Assembly (NCBI GenBank): GCA_013265495.1
Contig: MU058221.1
Location: forward strand, 248,001-312,000
Length of the DNA: 64,000 nt
Source of the DNA: Vicugna vicugna
Lineage: Eukaryota
Direction: 5' to 3'
Part shown: positions 24,696 to 37,860 of the stretch, in pieces
How positions within the stretch are numbered: the stretch's first letter is position 1
Layout: every line of letters begins with the position of its first letter
Notes under the pieces: generated by a model
Database searches by the model: none
Told to the model about the DNA's origin: nothing
The model's input: the letters and a program-made list of their open reading frames with translations, nothing else
Program-made: the position numbers and the translations under genes

Positions 24696-26595
24696 AGGAC
24701 AGGATTTGAGTGTTCCTGGGGTTTCTTATCAAATGTCCTTTTAATAATTCCCCTTTCCACCCAGGACAGTCTTTCCACAAGTAATCTGTAAGTCCTTAAG
24801 GCCACGTGTTAGATTTATACCCTATTTCCATTGGAACTGAGTTAACCACTGAGCATTCAGTAGGAGCTTTCCAAAATCTATTTTGGCTAACTGGCAGGGT
24901 GGTGTCTGGACTCTGCCACAGGAGCAAACACCAACCACAGGCTCAGAGAGTTTCCAAAATAATGATTTTTTTGTGATGCAGCATGGGAGATGCCAGGTGT
25001 GCGGAGCAGCCAGACAGAATCTTCCTGAGCCAGTAGCGTATGCTTGCACAACGGTTTATAATATGTATGTGGTTTGCTGGGTTTGCATTCCTCTTTTGAA
25101 ATGGAAAACTATTTGTCATTTCATCTGACCACATAGTAAATAGAAAAGAAAATCTTGCCTCGGAGCTTGACATTACGCATTAGGCATCTTCCTAACTGTG
25201 AAGTTAGGAAGAGGATGAATTGAGGCCAAAAACCACTACTAAAATGTTATTGGCAGGACGTAAACTCACTAAGAGGCTTCAGGAGCAGCCTTGTCATTAC
25301 TCTTGTCTCTACTGCCTGATTCTATGAGTCAGGATCATCGCACATCTCACCTGCACAGGGTTATTAGATTAAGTAAATTAATACATGCAAAATAGCTCTG
25401 GAATTCAAAATGTCACACAGACACTGAGAATTATTACTAGAACGGATCTTTGTAATTGTACCTACCTGCCGTCGCACAAGACATCTAGTTAAAGACATAA
25501 ATACTGCTCTAATGAAACTTTAGTGTTTATTTTATCAATTAAAAGAAAGAGAATTTATGCAAAAACAAGCTCAAATTCCAATAACAACATGTCTGGACAC
25601 CCCTCCTTTCCTCTTACGCATTTCTCAGCAGTGAGCTCTGTCTGGCTGATGGGGGTGTTGTTGGGTGCAGTTGTGCTGTACAAGAGACAAGTGCCAGGCA
25701 CAAGAGCGATTATCTCACCAGCGACATCTGGCGCCTTTGCTGGGCTCCAAGGGCAGACGCGGATCTGCTGACGCCAACATTTCTCAAGTGGTCTGCCCAG
25801 CGCTCATCTGCTCTCTGGCCCAAATGCTACCCCATTCCCAGACGTCACGATTCTTCTCACAGCACCTTCCTGTGAATGAGAGCGGAAAGTGTTTCTGAAG
25901 CGAACACTATTCTGTGCCTTCACTTTATGGGGAAGGCTAACCATCTCAAACGTGTTAACAGCTGGGACTCAGCGCTGTGCCTGAGCTCTAATTTCATGCA
26001 TGTGCTCTGTCTTTGGTCAGGATTGTAAATGTTGACAGCCTTCTGTGCCACCAAGATTGGGACCACAGTGGCCATATTTCGAGGTTTTGTATATGCTTCA
26101 CAGTAAAAAAAAGAGGGAGAGGAAATGCTTTCGAATTAGTTGTTTAACCGAATTACACTTCCGTTCACTTGGAAGGAGTAAATGTATGCTGGAAAAAAGA
26201 AACTGATACATTTTTTTCTAAATGCAAGAGCCAGTTGAGCATCGTGTTTTAAATAATACTTTACATCATATCAAGTTCCGAAAACTAAACAGTTTCTTCT
26301 AATTACTAAGCCATCTTGAGTGGCTTTGAAAAGAGAGGGTGGAGGATTCTAAGCAGGAATTACAGTGGTAACTAAAGTGGCCAGAAGGGTATGGGTGGTG
26401 CTGGCTGTTTGGAAAGAAAGCACAGAGCATCACACTTGGTACTCCTTTTGCAACTGCAAATCAGCAACATTCAGAAAAGGCTGCACTGGTAGACCAAAGA
26501 GCAAACATTAAACCATCTCAGGTAAGTGGGCAGTGCATCTCTTCACAAAGGAAACGTCTTTCTTCTTCTAGAGGAGGCCAAACTAAAATTTAAAG

Positions 26596-26692
26596 CAGAA
26601 GGAGACGGAGAAGGACACGGAGGAGAGGAGGAGGAGGAGGAGGAGCAAGAAGAAAAGGGCAGGGGAGGAGAGGAGGAGGGAGCGGAGGGCAG
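26596..26692. repeat. Purine-rich low-complexity tract with a (GAG)n core
   Basis: gaggaggaggaggaggaggag and flanking GA-rich sequence. Confidence 0.9.
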
Positions 26693-27159
26693 GAAACAGT
26701 GTGCTCTGTAGCAGAAGCTTCACCAGTTCAGAGGGAAATACAGCTTCCTGCACCATGGGTTGCTTCCTATCCGCCAAAGCTGCCGAGGGAATGCGCTCGT
26801 AGTTGGAGCTTTTATGAACAATTCCAGGAGCTTCCTAACAATATCCAAGTAAAAACACAGTGTTGTGGAAACTATTAATATTAATAGGACCTACGTAATG
26901 GACAGTGGGAAATGGATAAGACACAGGTAGTGGCAGGTGGCACCCAGGGTACAAGCTGGACTGGAGAGGCAGACATGTTTCAGCCACGGATATTTGCTTA
27001 TTGCCTGGCTAATTCTAACATCTGTCTCCCTCTTTTTGAGCCTCCTCAGTACTTGAAAATAAGGGCTGTTAGATGCTGACGCTGCTGGCCAGGAAAGCAG
27101 AGGGACCCTTTCCACTGAAAACCTTCAAGACAAGCTTGTCAGTTCTGACTGAGTGCTAC

Positions 27160-28156
27160 TGCGACCCAGCGTAACAGAGGAGAACAGATCTGACTCCACG
27201 TTGGATCTGTTCCTTGAGTTTTAACCACTGTGCCCTGTTTTCTAGGCTTAGTCTTGCTCACTCTGCAGCTTTTGTAAAAGTGTTGCCTTTGGCCTGAAAT
27301 AGACAGGAGAGCCTGTTCTCGGGGCTCTGGCCTTTGAGGATGTCAGCACTTCTGCACTTCTGTAGAGATGGCACGTTGCAAAATAGAGAATAACCTTTGT
27401 TTTGTCGGAGGTTTACAGGGGCACCATGACCTGACCCACACGGACGGATGCAAGAACAAAGGATTCCTGCACCAAGAAGTTTGCAGCAGCCAACCACACC
27501 TGCTCCCCTGTTTTTTGTATAAAAGGAGCCTGTATTCTGACTGGAGCAGGATGGTTCTCCAAGACGTTAGTCTGCCATCCTCTCCGTCTGCCGGCTTTCT
27601 GAATAAAGTCGCTATTGCTTGCCCCACACCTCGTCCCCCGATTCACTGGCCTGTTGTGTGGGGAGCAGAACAAGTTTGGACTTGGTAACACTAGCAGGAT
27701 CCTCCGGGGCCTTCCTGGGACAGACCCCTCTCCCACATCCTTGCTGCAGCTCCTCCCTGAAGCACCCAGATGATAGTATCTCATGCGTATTTCCTGAGTT
27801 TTTCAGTTGCTAAAAAGCACTACCAAAGGGAAGAAATTGACTACTTGATCTTCAGCGCATGGCCCCAGGCCTTCTGGTGCCTCAGGGTAACAGTGTCTGC
27901 TACCTTGTTACCACAACATAAAGCAACCAGAGAGCTGAGCACAAGCTGATCACATACCCTGTGACCCACCTTCATCTAGCCTTTAAATATGCGTTACTTA
28001 AACCCTTTGGGGAGCATAGGGTTTTCATGAGCATAAGCCACACACTTGGTCTTCCTTGCTCTGCCCTGCAATGAAACTTTCCCTGCTCCAAACTCGGATG
28101 TTTTGGCTTCTTTGGCCTCATGGTGCTTCCAGTACACAAACTTGCGTTTGGTCACA
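27160..28156 (+). mobile_element. Solo LTR (family C) interrupted about 10 bp from its 5' end by a family A LTR
   Basis: Termini TGCGACC (27160) and GGTCACA (28156) form an inverted repeat. TTTAAA TATA-like near 27982 and AATGAA polyA-like near 28070. Confidence 0.75.
27170..27690 (+). mobile_element. Solo ERV1 LTR (family A)
   Basis: (C)GTAACAG...GGTAACA. TATAAAA near 27518, AATAAA at 27602. TSD CCAG/CTAG (1 mismatch). Homologous to 5720-6240. Confidence 0.9.
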
Positions 28157-28789
28157 CTCTTCTGCGAAGTCATCAGCACAGGGCGAACTGGTGTCTGCTG
28201 AGGCCCTGTGACCCCCATTCCTGAGATCTTGGATGTCTGCCTGCAATCCTTGAAAAAAAATGAAATCATTTGCCCCAGCAGAATGAATAGCCTTGGGAAG
28301 TGGCCAGCCTCCCAGCGGCTCAGGCTGACGGCTTCAGCCCGTGTTTCCTCCTTATCAGAGCCATAAATCCACTGTCCCTGCATGGACCCTAATGCTCTTA
28401 CTTCACCTGCAACCAGTCAAAACCTGGAGCTGATCATGCAGCCCCTCTGTTCCCCAGCCCCTTCCCATCAAGGACCCCAGCGACGGGCCCTCGGTGGGCA
28501 CACGGTCGCCTCTCACCCGTGGCGGCCCACTGTTGCAGGGTACTTACTAAACTTCTTCCTTACCTCTTAAGCTGTTCTTTGTCTCTGGTAAAGTCTTTTA
28601 CCACTCATGAGCGTGGCCCACTGTGCCCCAGACAACAGGGTGGTGAGCAAGACAGCCCACTGCAGTGTCCCGTGAATATGCTTGTTAGCCTTCTGGTGAC
28701 GTTTATACTCACAGGCTTTGTCTCGTGCAGAGTCACCTGCAAACACAGCGTGTTTTCAATTACCCCCCTTCATGTCTGCTTTTCAGTAT

Positions 28790-29090
28790 CTTCCCTTTGC
28801 AGGGCTGACCCTTTTCCTTTCCTCACCTGGCAAAACGCTTACACCTCCTTTGAGGCCAAGACTCTGACATGCTCCGGTTCCCTGGGGAAACTGAGTTACT
28901 TGTTCTTCAGAGCATTTTGTTTACCTCTCCTCTGTCTTTTTTCCACATCGGAGTGCTGTCCTATATTAAAATTTACGTCTCTGCTGTTAGGCTGTGAGTA
29001 TTATGAGGGCAAACTCCATGTCATTCATTTCTAATAACACGCAGAATAGATTCAAACACACCGAAGGCACTTGGCTGTTGAAATAATGAG
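28790..29090 (+). mobile_element. L2 3' end relic
   Basis: cctggcaaaacgcttacacctcctttgagg...ggctgtgagtattatgagggcaaa...gttgaaataatga. Confidence 0.55.
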
Positions 29091-29900
29091 CTCCACAAAA
29101 TGCAGCCTTGCCTTGGTCCTTTCCTCTGTATATTAAAGCTGATGTCTGCCGAAGTGCTGATTCCCATCCCAAAGAAAGGCCAACAAGGGCAATGCTATCT
29201 TGGTCATTCATAATGTGGGTGAGTATCAGATAAATTTTTGAGAGTCGGTTTTGAAGAGGAAAGATATGAGAGGACAAGAATCCTGTGTAGCAGTGAGGTG
29301 AGGAGCAGAGGACCACAGAGAACAAGGAGAAAAAGGGTGAGAACATAAGTATAATCAATGGACACTCCGACTTCCTCCAGGCCTGGCCGCGCTCACTCAG
29401 CCTTCCCCGCTGCACTGCACACACAGGTGCCATTCGTGCTCAGGTGAGAGCACTTTTCATTAAGTAAAAACACAGGAGAAAAAGGACAAAAGGACACACC
29501 TGTGTAACAACCCCTTCATCAAACGCTGCATCCACTGCAGGGCTCGGCTGTGAAGGCATCGGTTTTAGTGTCTGTGATGCTATAGGCTGAGTACATTTGC
29601 GAGGTTAGATGTTGTTCCTTAAGCCTCCTGCACGAAGATCCATGACTGTTAAAGATACAGGGCACACCAGGTCGTAAGGCTGCGCAGGTAACTTACAAAT
29701 AATATACATATTCAGTAATGTGTTACATGCTACTAGCTATTGTTAAACTAGAAGAAAACTTCCCAGGTATTTCACAGAAAAAGACATTAGATATTTTGGA
29801 ATTGATCAACATGTCATGCCGGGAAATGTCCAATTTGACTTTAGGACCCAAACACAGAGAATTTCTGAAAGGAACCCTCTCTGAAGTGAAGTTGCCCCAG

Positions 29901-29985
29901 CACCAGTGCCGGCCCTCAGCACCAATGCCGGTCCTCAGTACCAGTGCTTGTCCTCAGTACCAGTGCCCGTCCATAGCAGCAGTGC
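29901..29985. repeat. 19-bp minisatellite, about 4.5 copies
   Basis: caccagtgccggccctcag / caccaatgccggtcctcag / taccagtgcttgtcctcag / taccagtgcccgtccatag / cagcagtgc. Confidence 0.9.
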
Positions 29986-30813
29986 TGCTAATAGGTATCT
30001 GCAGCCTTGGGGGCTGTGGGCGCTTGGCTTGATTAGGTTTCCATGGTTCACCTTTCGTTCCATCCCCAGTGGTGTGATTTAGTACAAAGAACAAGATATT
30101 TAGGGTGAGCATTTTCCCACCTGCCTAGCTTTCTTGTCTTTATCTCCTGCTGCTTGTCTTCCAAGCTGACCTTGCCCACTCCTCTCCTTTGTCATTGTCA
30201 TTCCTTCTAGCACTTATTACTTGACTGATTAACTTGGTCTTAAACAGGACCCTTTGATGCACAGCCTTATTTATTTACTGAAGATTCCCAGAAAATTCAT
30301 AAATTCATTCTCCTTGTGCCTCAGGCACTTAGTCATTCAGAGACTCCCTTGAGGCGGTAGCGATGGGGGCTAAGCAAACACTTATTTAGCCTACAGTCCA
30401 GAAAAATCCTCAGAAACTTTTAAAGAATAAAAAATGTCAAACAACAGCAAAAACCTGAGCTATTGTAGTCTGGTGCCTTTAGTTAATTTTTTAATCCATG
30501 AAGCCACAGCTCAATTTAGAATATGATATTGAAAACATTATTTCCTTCATGCTTCACTTTAACCTTTTCAGGAATAGCCAAGGTCAGCATGTATGTCACA
30601 CTGGGTTTTAAATTTAACACTCATTTTCCCATTAGTCACTCAGGGGGCATCAGAGTCTTGTGGGATCAGTCAACAAATTCGTTTGTACCACAACCCTGTG
30701 TGGTAGAGGCATGTGTGGTCAGTTTATCTAGAAGGTGGGGGAAATCAAGCTCAGATGATGAGTTCAGATAGTTCATATAGCAATGCTGGTGAGGGCCTGG
30801 GTGAGTCAGGGAT

Positions 30814-31163
30814 TGAAGGGGCAAAAACCCACGAAGGGACCAGCAGGACCTCCCAGGCAGGGCCATTGCCTTCCCGCTTTTGTGCTTCTGTAAAAGGGCT
30901 TGCTTCTAGGAAAATGAAACTTACCGCTGAAGTTCCATTGGTCCCCAAATGCTCACTCTGGATTGGTCCATTTCTAACACCTCATTTGCATATGATGCAA
31001 GCTTAATCGAGACCTAAAATCCTATAAAAGCTTTTGTAAACCTACAGACGGGGTACAGAGCTTGGAGTGTTAGCTCCTCTGTGCCCGCAGGTGCAATAAA
31101 CCTGAGTTCTCCAACCCTCTGAGTGTTGCTTGGTCTCTCGACGGGATTCAGGTTGCTGTCACA
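30814..31163 (+). mobile_element. Solo ERV1 LTR (family B)
   Basis: TGAAGGGG...GTCACA. ATTGG (CCAAT box), octamer ATTTGCAT, TATAAAA near 31023, AATAAA near 31095. TSD GGAT/GGAC. Confidence 0.9.
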
Positions 31164-31249
31164 GGACGACTATGGAGTCAGGCTATCAGTCGCATGTGCC
31201 TCTCCAGTAGCCCTCTGACATGCCTCAATACGGGAGATTGGTGGGAACA

Positions 31250-31420
31250 GATAACACTTAAATAGCTAGATGCTGGGTAATGTTCTAAGTGCCCATTTAA
31301 TTCTCAAAACTGATCTATACTGTAGATGCATCCTTATCCACACTTTACAGTGAGAAAACCCAGGCACGCAGAGCTGAGCGCTGCACCCACAGTCACACGG
31401 GCAGTAACGGCGAGCTGTCG
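31250..31420 (-). mobile_element. MIR relic
   Basis: ttatccacactttacagtgagaaaacccaggcacgcagag...gtcacac MIR core. Confidence 0.7.
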
Positions 31421-33528
31421 CTTACGCTGCGGAGGTGTTTCGTCTGCTTGGTTCTATTCGGTCTTCAGTCAGGCAGGTCTCTCCCAGCGGGATCTGGAGA
31501 TGGAACTGTGCCTTGTTTGTGGGGAATGTATTTGCCTTCCACGCCGTAGCTGTTAGGGTTCTTGGAGTGTTTTCTTCCTCGCTTGGAAAAATCTAAATCA
31601 TTGTCATCACAAGCATTTTGTGGCTCTGGGTAACTGAGGTACTGGCATTGATTGCTGTACGACTCTCAGTTTTGGTCAGAGTCTAAACAGATGGAAACTG
31701 ATGATGGGTTTAATTATTTTGGTGCAAGAGCTGAAAAGAAGGCCAGGGCCTTTCTGGGCCTGTGTTCAGCTCAGTCTTTCCAGGTCATGCTGTGTGTGAT
31801 GGGATGCTGCTAGAGTCCTCAGCTTCTCCTCCTTCTTCAAGGGCTGGGGAAAGCAGTTGAACAGCCCCAGGCACCTTCTCTGTGTGGCAGCGAGCACCTT
31901 GCCCACGACAGCCCCCTTGACAGGGGCCATCAAGCGCATCCTGGGGAGGCCTCAGTGGAGGGTTTGGCATCTCCTTCCCAATGCTCTTTGGCATTTTCAA
32001 AATCGTTCAAGGCAACTGGAGAGCACCCTAAAATACCATGGGCCATCAAACCAAGAGCGGTAAGAAATACTTTCCCCAGGAATCCCCAGGATGTACTGCT
32101 CTGGTCTCATTCAGTTGGCGGCATGTTCTGTGCTGTGTAGCACAACAAAATGGGCCTTTTTGCCTCAGGGCACAGTTTTTATTCCTGCCTCCTTCAACCT
32201 TGGCCTTTGACCAACCCAAACCTGTTTTCATAGACTGCAAATGACATTTTTACTTTAATAATGAGATGTTCTGTGAAATGGGCAGCAGACGGATGCAAGG
32301 AGTAACCAGAGAATCATGCACTTCTTTTGCTTTCTGAATAGAAGTTGAGTAGAAAAGAAAAAAAAAATCATACACTTTCTGTTTAAAGAGGAATGAGAGC
32401 AAATCTAAGACAGGGGAAGAGAGATTTTCTCTGCACATACACCGTGCTGAGTGCGACAGGCTCAGCGGGCAAGTGCCCCTCAGCCTGAGGGCTCCCGGCG
32501 TCCTAGGGCTTTGTGTAGAACAACTCCCTTTCCGGGGGAAGGCTAACGAGCACTCAGGGAGGCAACAACAAACAGGGAGAGAGAGTGCCTCTGCAAGGCA
32601 CCAGTTTCACTCAGAGAGACATGGCCATCCCTTCACAGGAGTTAATTTAAGAGCTATATTTATAGAGTCCCCGAGGTGTGGCTCTTCTGAAACGAAAAGG
32701 AACTTATTTTACTTCTGAACAGAGTGTAAGGCGTTAATCTGAAATGCATTAATGATAAAACCCACTGTCACCTGCGTGTTGCTCTGAATCCACTCCCGGC
32801 GCCCAGCATCAAGGTGCCCGCAGTACTCTGATGACCCGCTGACTGACGACGTGGACATGTGGCTTCCTGCCCCTCATGGCCCCGCTCACCAACAGAGGAA
32901 GGGAGGAGCCGAGCCACCTGCGGGGCCCTTCCATCCCTGAGCCTCGGGAAGGAGGCCTCAGAAGAGACCAGCAGTGGCGTCAGAGTCTCAAACCCAACTA
33001 AGATGAGCAAAAACCATCCTCGTGCCGGGGCTCTCAGCACCGCCAGCCTGCTGTGTCCTTACAAACTTATCTGCGGAGACGTTGCTGGCCGAGCTGTTCA
33101 AGAGGAGAAGCATCTTTGCTGCTAAGCAACTCGGTGCTCATGTCACAGAACAGAACTTACTCAGAGCTTATCTAAATCCTCCTGGGGTCAGAAAACTCAC
33201 TGTGAGGTCTGATCTCCGGAGTCTGGTGACTGGCGACTCTGGCTGGATCTGGAACACCGCCCCGGAGGGCTCTGCTCCGTAGAGGCAGCTGCCTGCTATT
33301 AAATTCTGCACACTGCAGTCTCTCTCCATTAAAATATCCTCCCCTTATAAAAGGATCCGATTTAGGAAAGAAGTTTGAATCAGTGCAGTGACATGGAGTA
33401 GGAGAACTTGGCTTGGAGAAGATGTTCCCAATGTTTAGATGACTGTCAAAAGCAGCAAATCCTCTCTCTTCATCATCTGTCATTTATATCACTAAGTATT
33501 TTATCCAATGCTCATAATAACCAGGCAG

Positions 33529-33554
33529 TAATACTACTACTACTACTAATAATA
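33529..33554. repeat. (TAC)n/(TAA)n microsatellite
   Basis: taatactactactactactaataata. Confidence 0.85.
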
Positions 33555-36500
33555 CAAGACTTTCTATACGTCTGAAATTAGAGCACTAGAGAGCAACACT
33601 TTTATTAAAAAAAGAGCATTATGTTTAAGAATATTTTATATGCATCTTAAATAACTCTCTTATTCAACTCAGACACCCTGGGGAAAAGGCTACCATTGAA
33701 TATTAGCCAGCTATCAGTAACTAATTCTGAGACAACTCTCTTAATTCAGTATTTTGCTGAACTGGATCAAAAAATAAATGGCTGGTGTAGGGGCTTGGTG
33801 CTCTAGGTGAGCATGAGGTGGTGATGAAATGAACGTTTTCTTCATTTCTTTTTCAGTATTTTTTTTTCCCTCTGGGAGTGATGGGTTGAAAGTCTCCTGT
33901 GACGGTAACCCTCACAGATGCACCGTTTTCTTCCTAGTGGTTGAGCTGGTTTTTATGACGACCTTTCCAAGTGGCTTATTCAGGCTCATAGCAGTCTGTC
34001 TCATCTTTCTACAGAGATTATCATTGCAAGAGCTCAAAGCATTTGCAAACATTAATTAACCAAGCCTGTATAGGTAAGGATTGTTACATTCCAATACTTT
34101 TGCAGAAAAAAGTAACAGTTTCCAGATTTTATTGGCACATTTCTTTTAACTAGAGATAGCAGTATACATTTAAAATATGCATATATGTGCAATTTCTTAC
34201 TTTATAGAAATGTTATCATTTTAACATAAAATTAAATTGTTCTTTTTCATTAGTTCACTTCTAAGGTGGCAAATTAGTTTAAACTTGGTTATACATTCTC
34301 AAAAAGAGTTTTAAGTGTAACTTTCATGCATAAAAATGTTTAATTAAATCACACATTCCCTTCTTCCAAACAGTTTATGTGTCTTTTTAATTAGACTACT
34401 TCTATGGTACCTTAAGATAGATGCTTCTTGGCGTTTTATCCAATGTTCTGGTAGAATATATAAGAATGTTAGTAACAAAGACTTTGTCCTTAGCCAAGCC
34501 ACACGCACCAGAGATGTTCTTTCATTTTCTTACATTACATTATAGTAATGTAAGAGGGTGACTGGTATACAGACCAACGCTGTGGTAACTCATCTTCAGA
34601 TACGCTCGTTTGTGTGGTTGATAAAATAATGCTTTACGTCTGGTTGGCCCTCTTCAGGTCAGGCTAACAATGCCACGTGGGTCAAGATTACTGCTGGGCA
34701 CTCTAATAGAAGTGCCAGGTAGTCACATACGTTGTGCCCTCCCTGTGACGAGGGCTATGGGGGTGATGTTGCTGGGCCTGCGTTGATCTACCCAAAGGAT
34801 GATGTGTAGAAGTGTGAATGAGCAAGTGAGCAAGCAACTGGCATCGGTTAAGACACGGGCATGGAGCAGGAGGGAGGCTGCTTGGCTTCGGGGACCCGCC
34901 CATCAGCTCGGCCACAGTGGGCGGAAATTCCAGCTGCAACAATGGTGAAGTCCTGTCCTAAAAGGATGGAGCAGTTTAGCCAGTAAAAAAGACAGAAATT
35001 GGGTTTTTGTGACTGGGATTCCAAATTACATCTGGGTCTGAAAACACAGACAAGATACCAAACAACGGACCAGGACTCAATTTAGAGACATCAGTCTGAG
35101 TGCTATTTGTGCGGCGTCGCAGAGCATCGGGGATAGAATTCCTTTTCCTATCGATCTGCCAGGCTAAAAACTGGTTTAGAAGCCTGAGCTGGGAGCCAGC
35201 TGACAAAAACATTAGGGGACTTAGGGAGCAGAGTTGATCGACAGCAGTGAAACAGGCATCTGTGTTATTTCTGACTTTAATTAGTAGCGTCTTACGGCAT
35301 TTCACATTTTTAGAGTGTGAGACCAAATCCTCTTTTGCTATTCATAAGCCATGGCATCTTAACAAAAATTCCTTTAGATCGTAGTTTACTAAACACAAGC
35401 GTTGTTTTAACCAGGAATGAATCATAAAAAACGCTTTTTAATGCCACATAGGGCCATCTATCAAGACGATCACACGTCTCATCATGTTGTCTCCTCACTG
35501 AGGCCATGCCGTCTTCCTCCGTTGGCCGGATCAGTGCAGCGCTGTGAAGGGCCAGCCCCCGCGCCCCAGCTAGCAGCAGATCTGAGTGGTCGTCTCCCCT
35601 TCACTGAGCGTGTGGGGCGAGCTGGCGCCACCATCAAGGTGACGTGGAACACCACTCCTTTCTCTGTTTAATCTCGCTTTTTCCTTTTCCCTCTTGTGGG
35701 CAGTGATCCAAAGCGTATCCATTCACAATCCTTCTCTATGCTCTTCTCTCTCTCGGAATCAGAAGCCCAACCTTCAACAGGAAGCAATTACAATTTTTTA
35801 AGAAAATTTCTTCCCTGCTGTTAATTATGTCCTTACATTTGCATGTTTTTCCTTTTATTTTCATAGCCTTATTGAAATAGTTATATAGTTAGACTTCCTA
35901 TAACGTTTACTAGGTTTATTACTTACTGTTACCACTTTCAAGGCATGACTTCTCCATTTTAAAATACTTTGTGTTGATTTCACTTTAATACGTTGGCTTA
36001 CATGTTCCACTGTTTTTATAAATATCACTGAACTTTGACTGCAGTCGTATCTTGAGACGTCCCTGTACACGTTGTGCTCACTGTGGGCGACACACACCGA
36101 GCCAGATTTAATTCCCAGGCATCTCTTAGGGCTCAGCAGCTGTGGAATCTAATACACCAGCCTGAGGCAGCGCCTTCTGGCAAATCCAGAACATTCCTAC
36201 CACATGTACCTACTCACAGAGATTCCTTTTGTCAGGATGCACTCAGGGCTGATTTCCTTTTTGCTCTGGAGCACGAGTTCCTCATCCTCAGGTGGCATGA
36301 CGAGGAATCTGTGTTGGGTGTGGCAGAGGAGGTTCAGATGCCGCGGGTGACCCCGCCAGACACAGGTGGGCCTCGCAGGGCTGCTGTTGGTTTCTGCAGA
36401 ATTCAGGACTCACTCCCCGGAACATTGCCGGGGAGAACAGTGTGCTCCCCGCAGGAGAGACTGAGAGTGAGACGGGGGGGCTAGGGAGAGAGAGGAGAAT

Positions 36501-37259
36501 TCTGAAGGGACGCTGTGCTGCTCATTTTCCAGTCGAAACAACAGAAGAGGCAGCACTGCCTTTAGGGCCCGTCTTCGTGGGCCCTTCAGCACTGACATCA
36601 CAGTTGCGGGAAGTAGGCTGCGTCTGACACTGGGCGCCCTCACTAAGGAAACTCACCTTCTCTCTTTGCCACCCAGCTAGGGGAGACCTGAAGGACCAGG
36701 GAAGACTGGACTCAGGTGCTTTGTTGGCCAGTAATTTGGGAGCTTCCGATGGGCAGTGTCCATGAGGAAAGAGGGGACTCAAGCTGAGTCTCTCCTGAGG
36801 ACACAGTGCTCTGGGGAGAGTAGAGGCCGACTGTGCCGGGGGACTTCCCTTACTGGAGAGACGGCAGGTGCGCGTTTGAAATTAATTAACAATGCAATGT
36901 AGCACCAAGTAAGTACTAAGCAGGCAGCATGGACAACAGGTACTGAAGTTCAGAGGCGGCCCTGCTGACCTGAATTGCTTGTGGACAGCTGCCCACAGTG
37001 CTTACACCTGGCAACTGCTTCTCTGTCAGCCTTGTCTCTGGGTAGCCTAGCACCTAACACTGCTCCCACAAAGCCTGTCACCTCTGACGCGTCCTGCTAC
37101 TTCTTCTTTCAACATGTAGTCATTGTGATTTTTGGAGACCAGTTTATTTAAGTGGCTTTTTTTCTTTAATAACCAGGCAGCATCTTTCAACTTTTATTCC
37201 TATAATCTTAGCCTACCACTTAATTTTGCTCTTGTAGTTACGACAAGGAAATCTGACTT

Positions 37260-37435
37260 TCCTGAGACAGAATTATGAACTGAAATCAGGCGAGTTCTGT
37301 AATGTCTCTGAATTTCAGTTTCCTTTTCCTCATAATGGGAATAATGATAATCTTACATGATTTTCCTGAGCCTTAAATAAGAGAAAGTGTATTGAAGGGT
37401 CTTATAGAAGTGCTCACACTTAGCTGGTGCTGGTT
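37260..37435 (+). mobile_element. MIR relic
   Basis: tctctgaatttcagtttccttttcctcataatgggaataatgataat. Confidence 0.65.
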
Positions 37436-37629
37436 TTAGTTAAGGGAGTTAGTGAAAAGCCTCAAATATGCACAATTGCATGAAACCGTACTTTTCCTTC
37501 TTGTACATTCAGTGCTCGGCACAGAGGGAGGAATGCCTGTTTCTCTTCTTTCCTCGCACCTCATGTAGGTGAATTCCATTTACACTGATGTACTATTTGC
37601 ATCTGATACTTAGTCCTAGGAATCCTAAA

Positions 37630-37860
37630 TAATGACCTTACACTTGCATTTTTCTCTGCAGTTTCAAGCGTGATTTATGCTTTAACTAGCACAGTTCACA
37701 ATGAAAAATATTCTGAAAATGTAATGACACTCTCATTATAAGGATGAAGAAGATAAGAATCAGCAAGGTTGAGTGTCTTTTCCAAGGTCACACAGACAGT
37801 AAGAAAGTAGAAGATCACAGATTAAACATGGCCTGGCTGTTTGGTTACAGCCCTATTTAA
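37630..37860 (-). mobile_element. MIR relic
   Basis: ctcattataaggatgaagaagataag...aggttgagtgtcttttccaaggtcacacag. Confidence 0.65.

Noticed and set aside
26526..26711. Poly-Glu ORF, and an adjacent AG|GTAAGT donor near 26521
   Set aside because: The ORF is a translation of a GA-rich simple repeat. The lone donor has no supportable partner exon.
29901..29985. CRISPR-like array
   Set aside because: The units are contiguous with no unique spacers, and the context is mammalian.
5720..31163. Same-family LTR pairs as the two ends of proviruses
   Set aside because: The pairs are in opposite orientation, each LTR has its own TSD, and no retroviral internal sequence lies between them.
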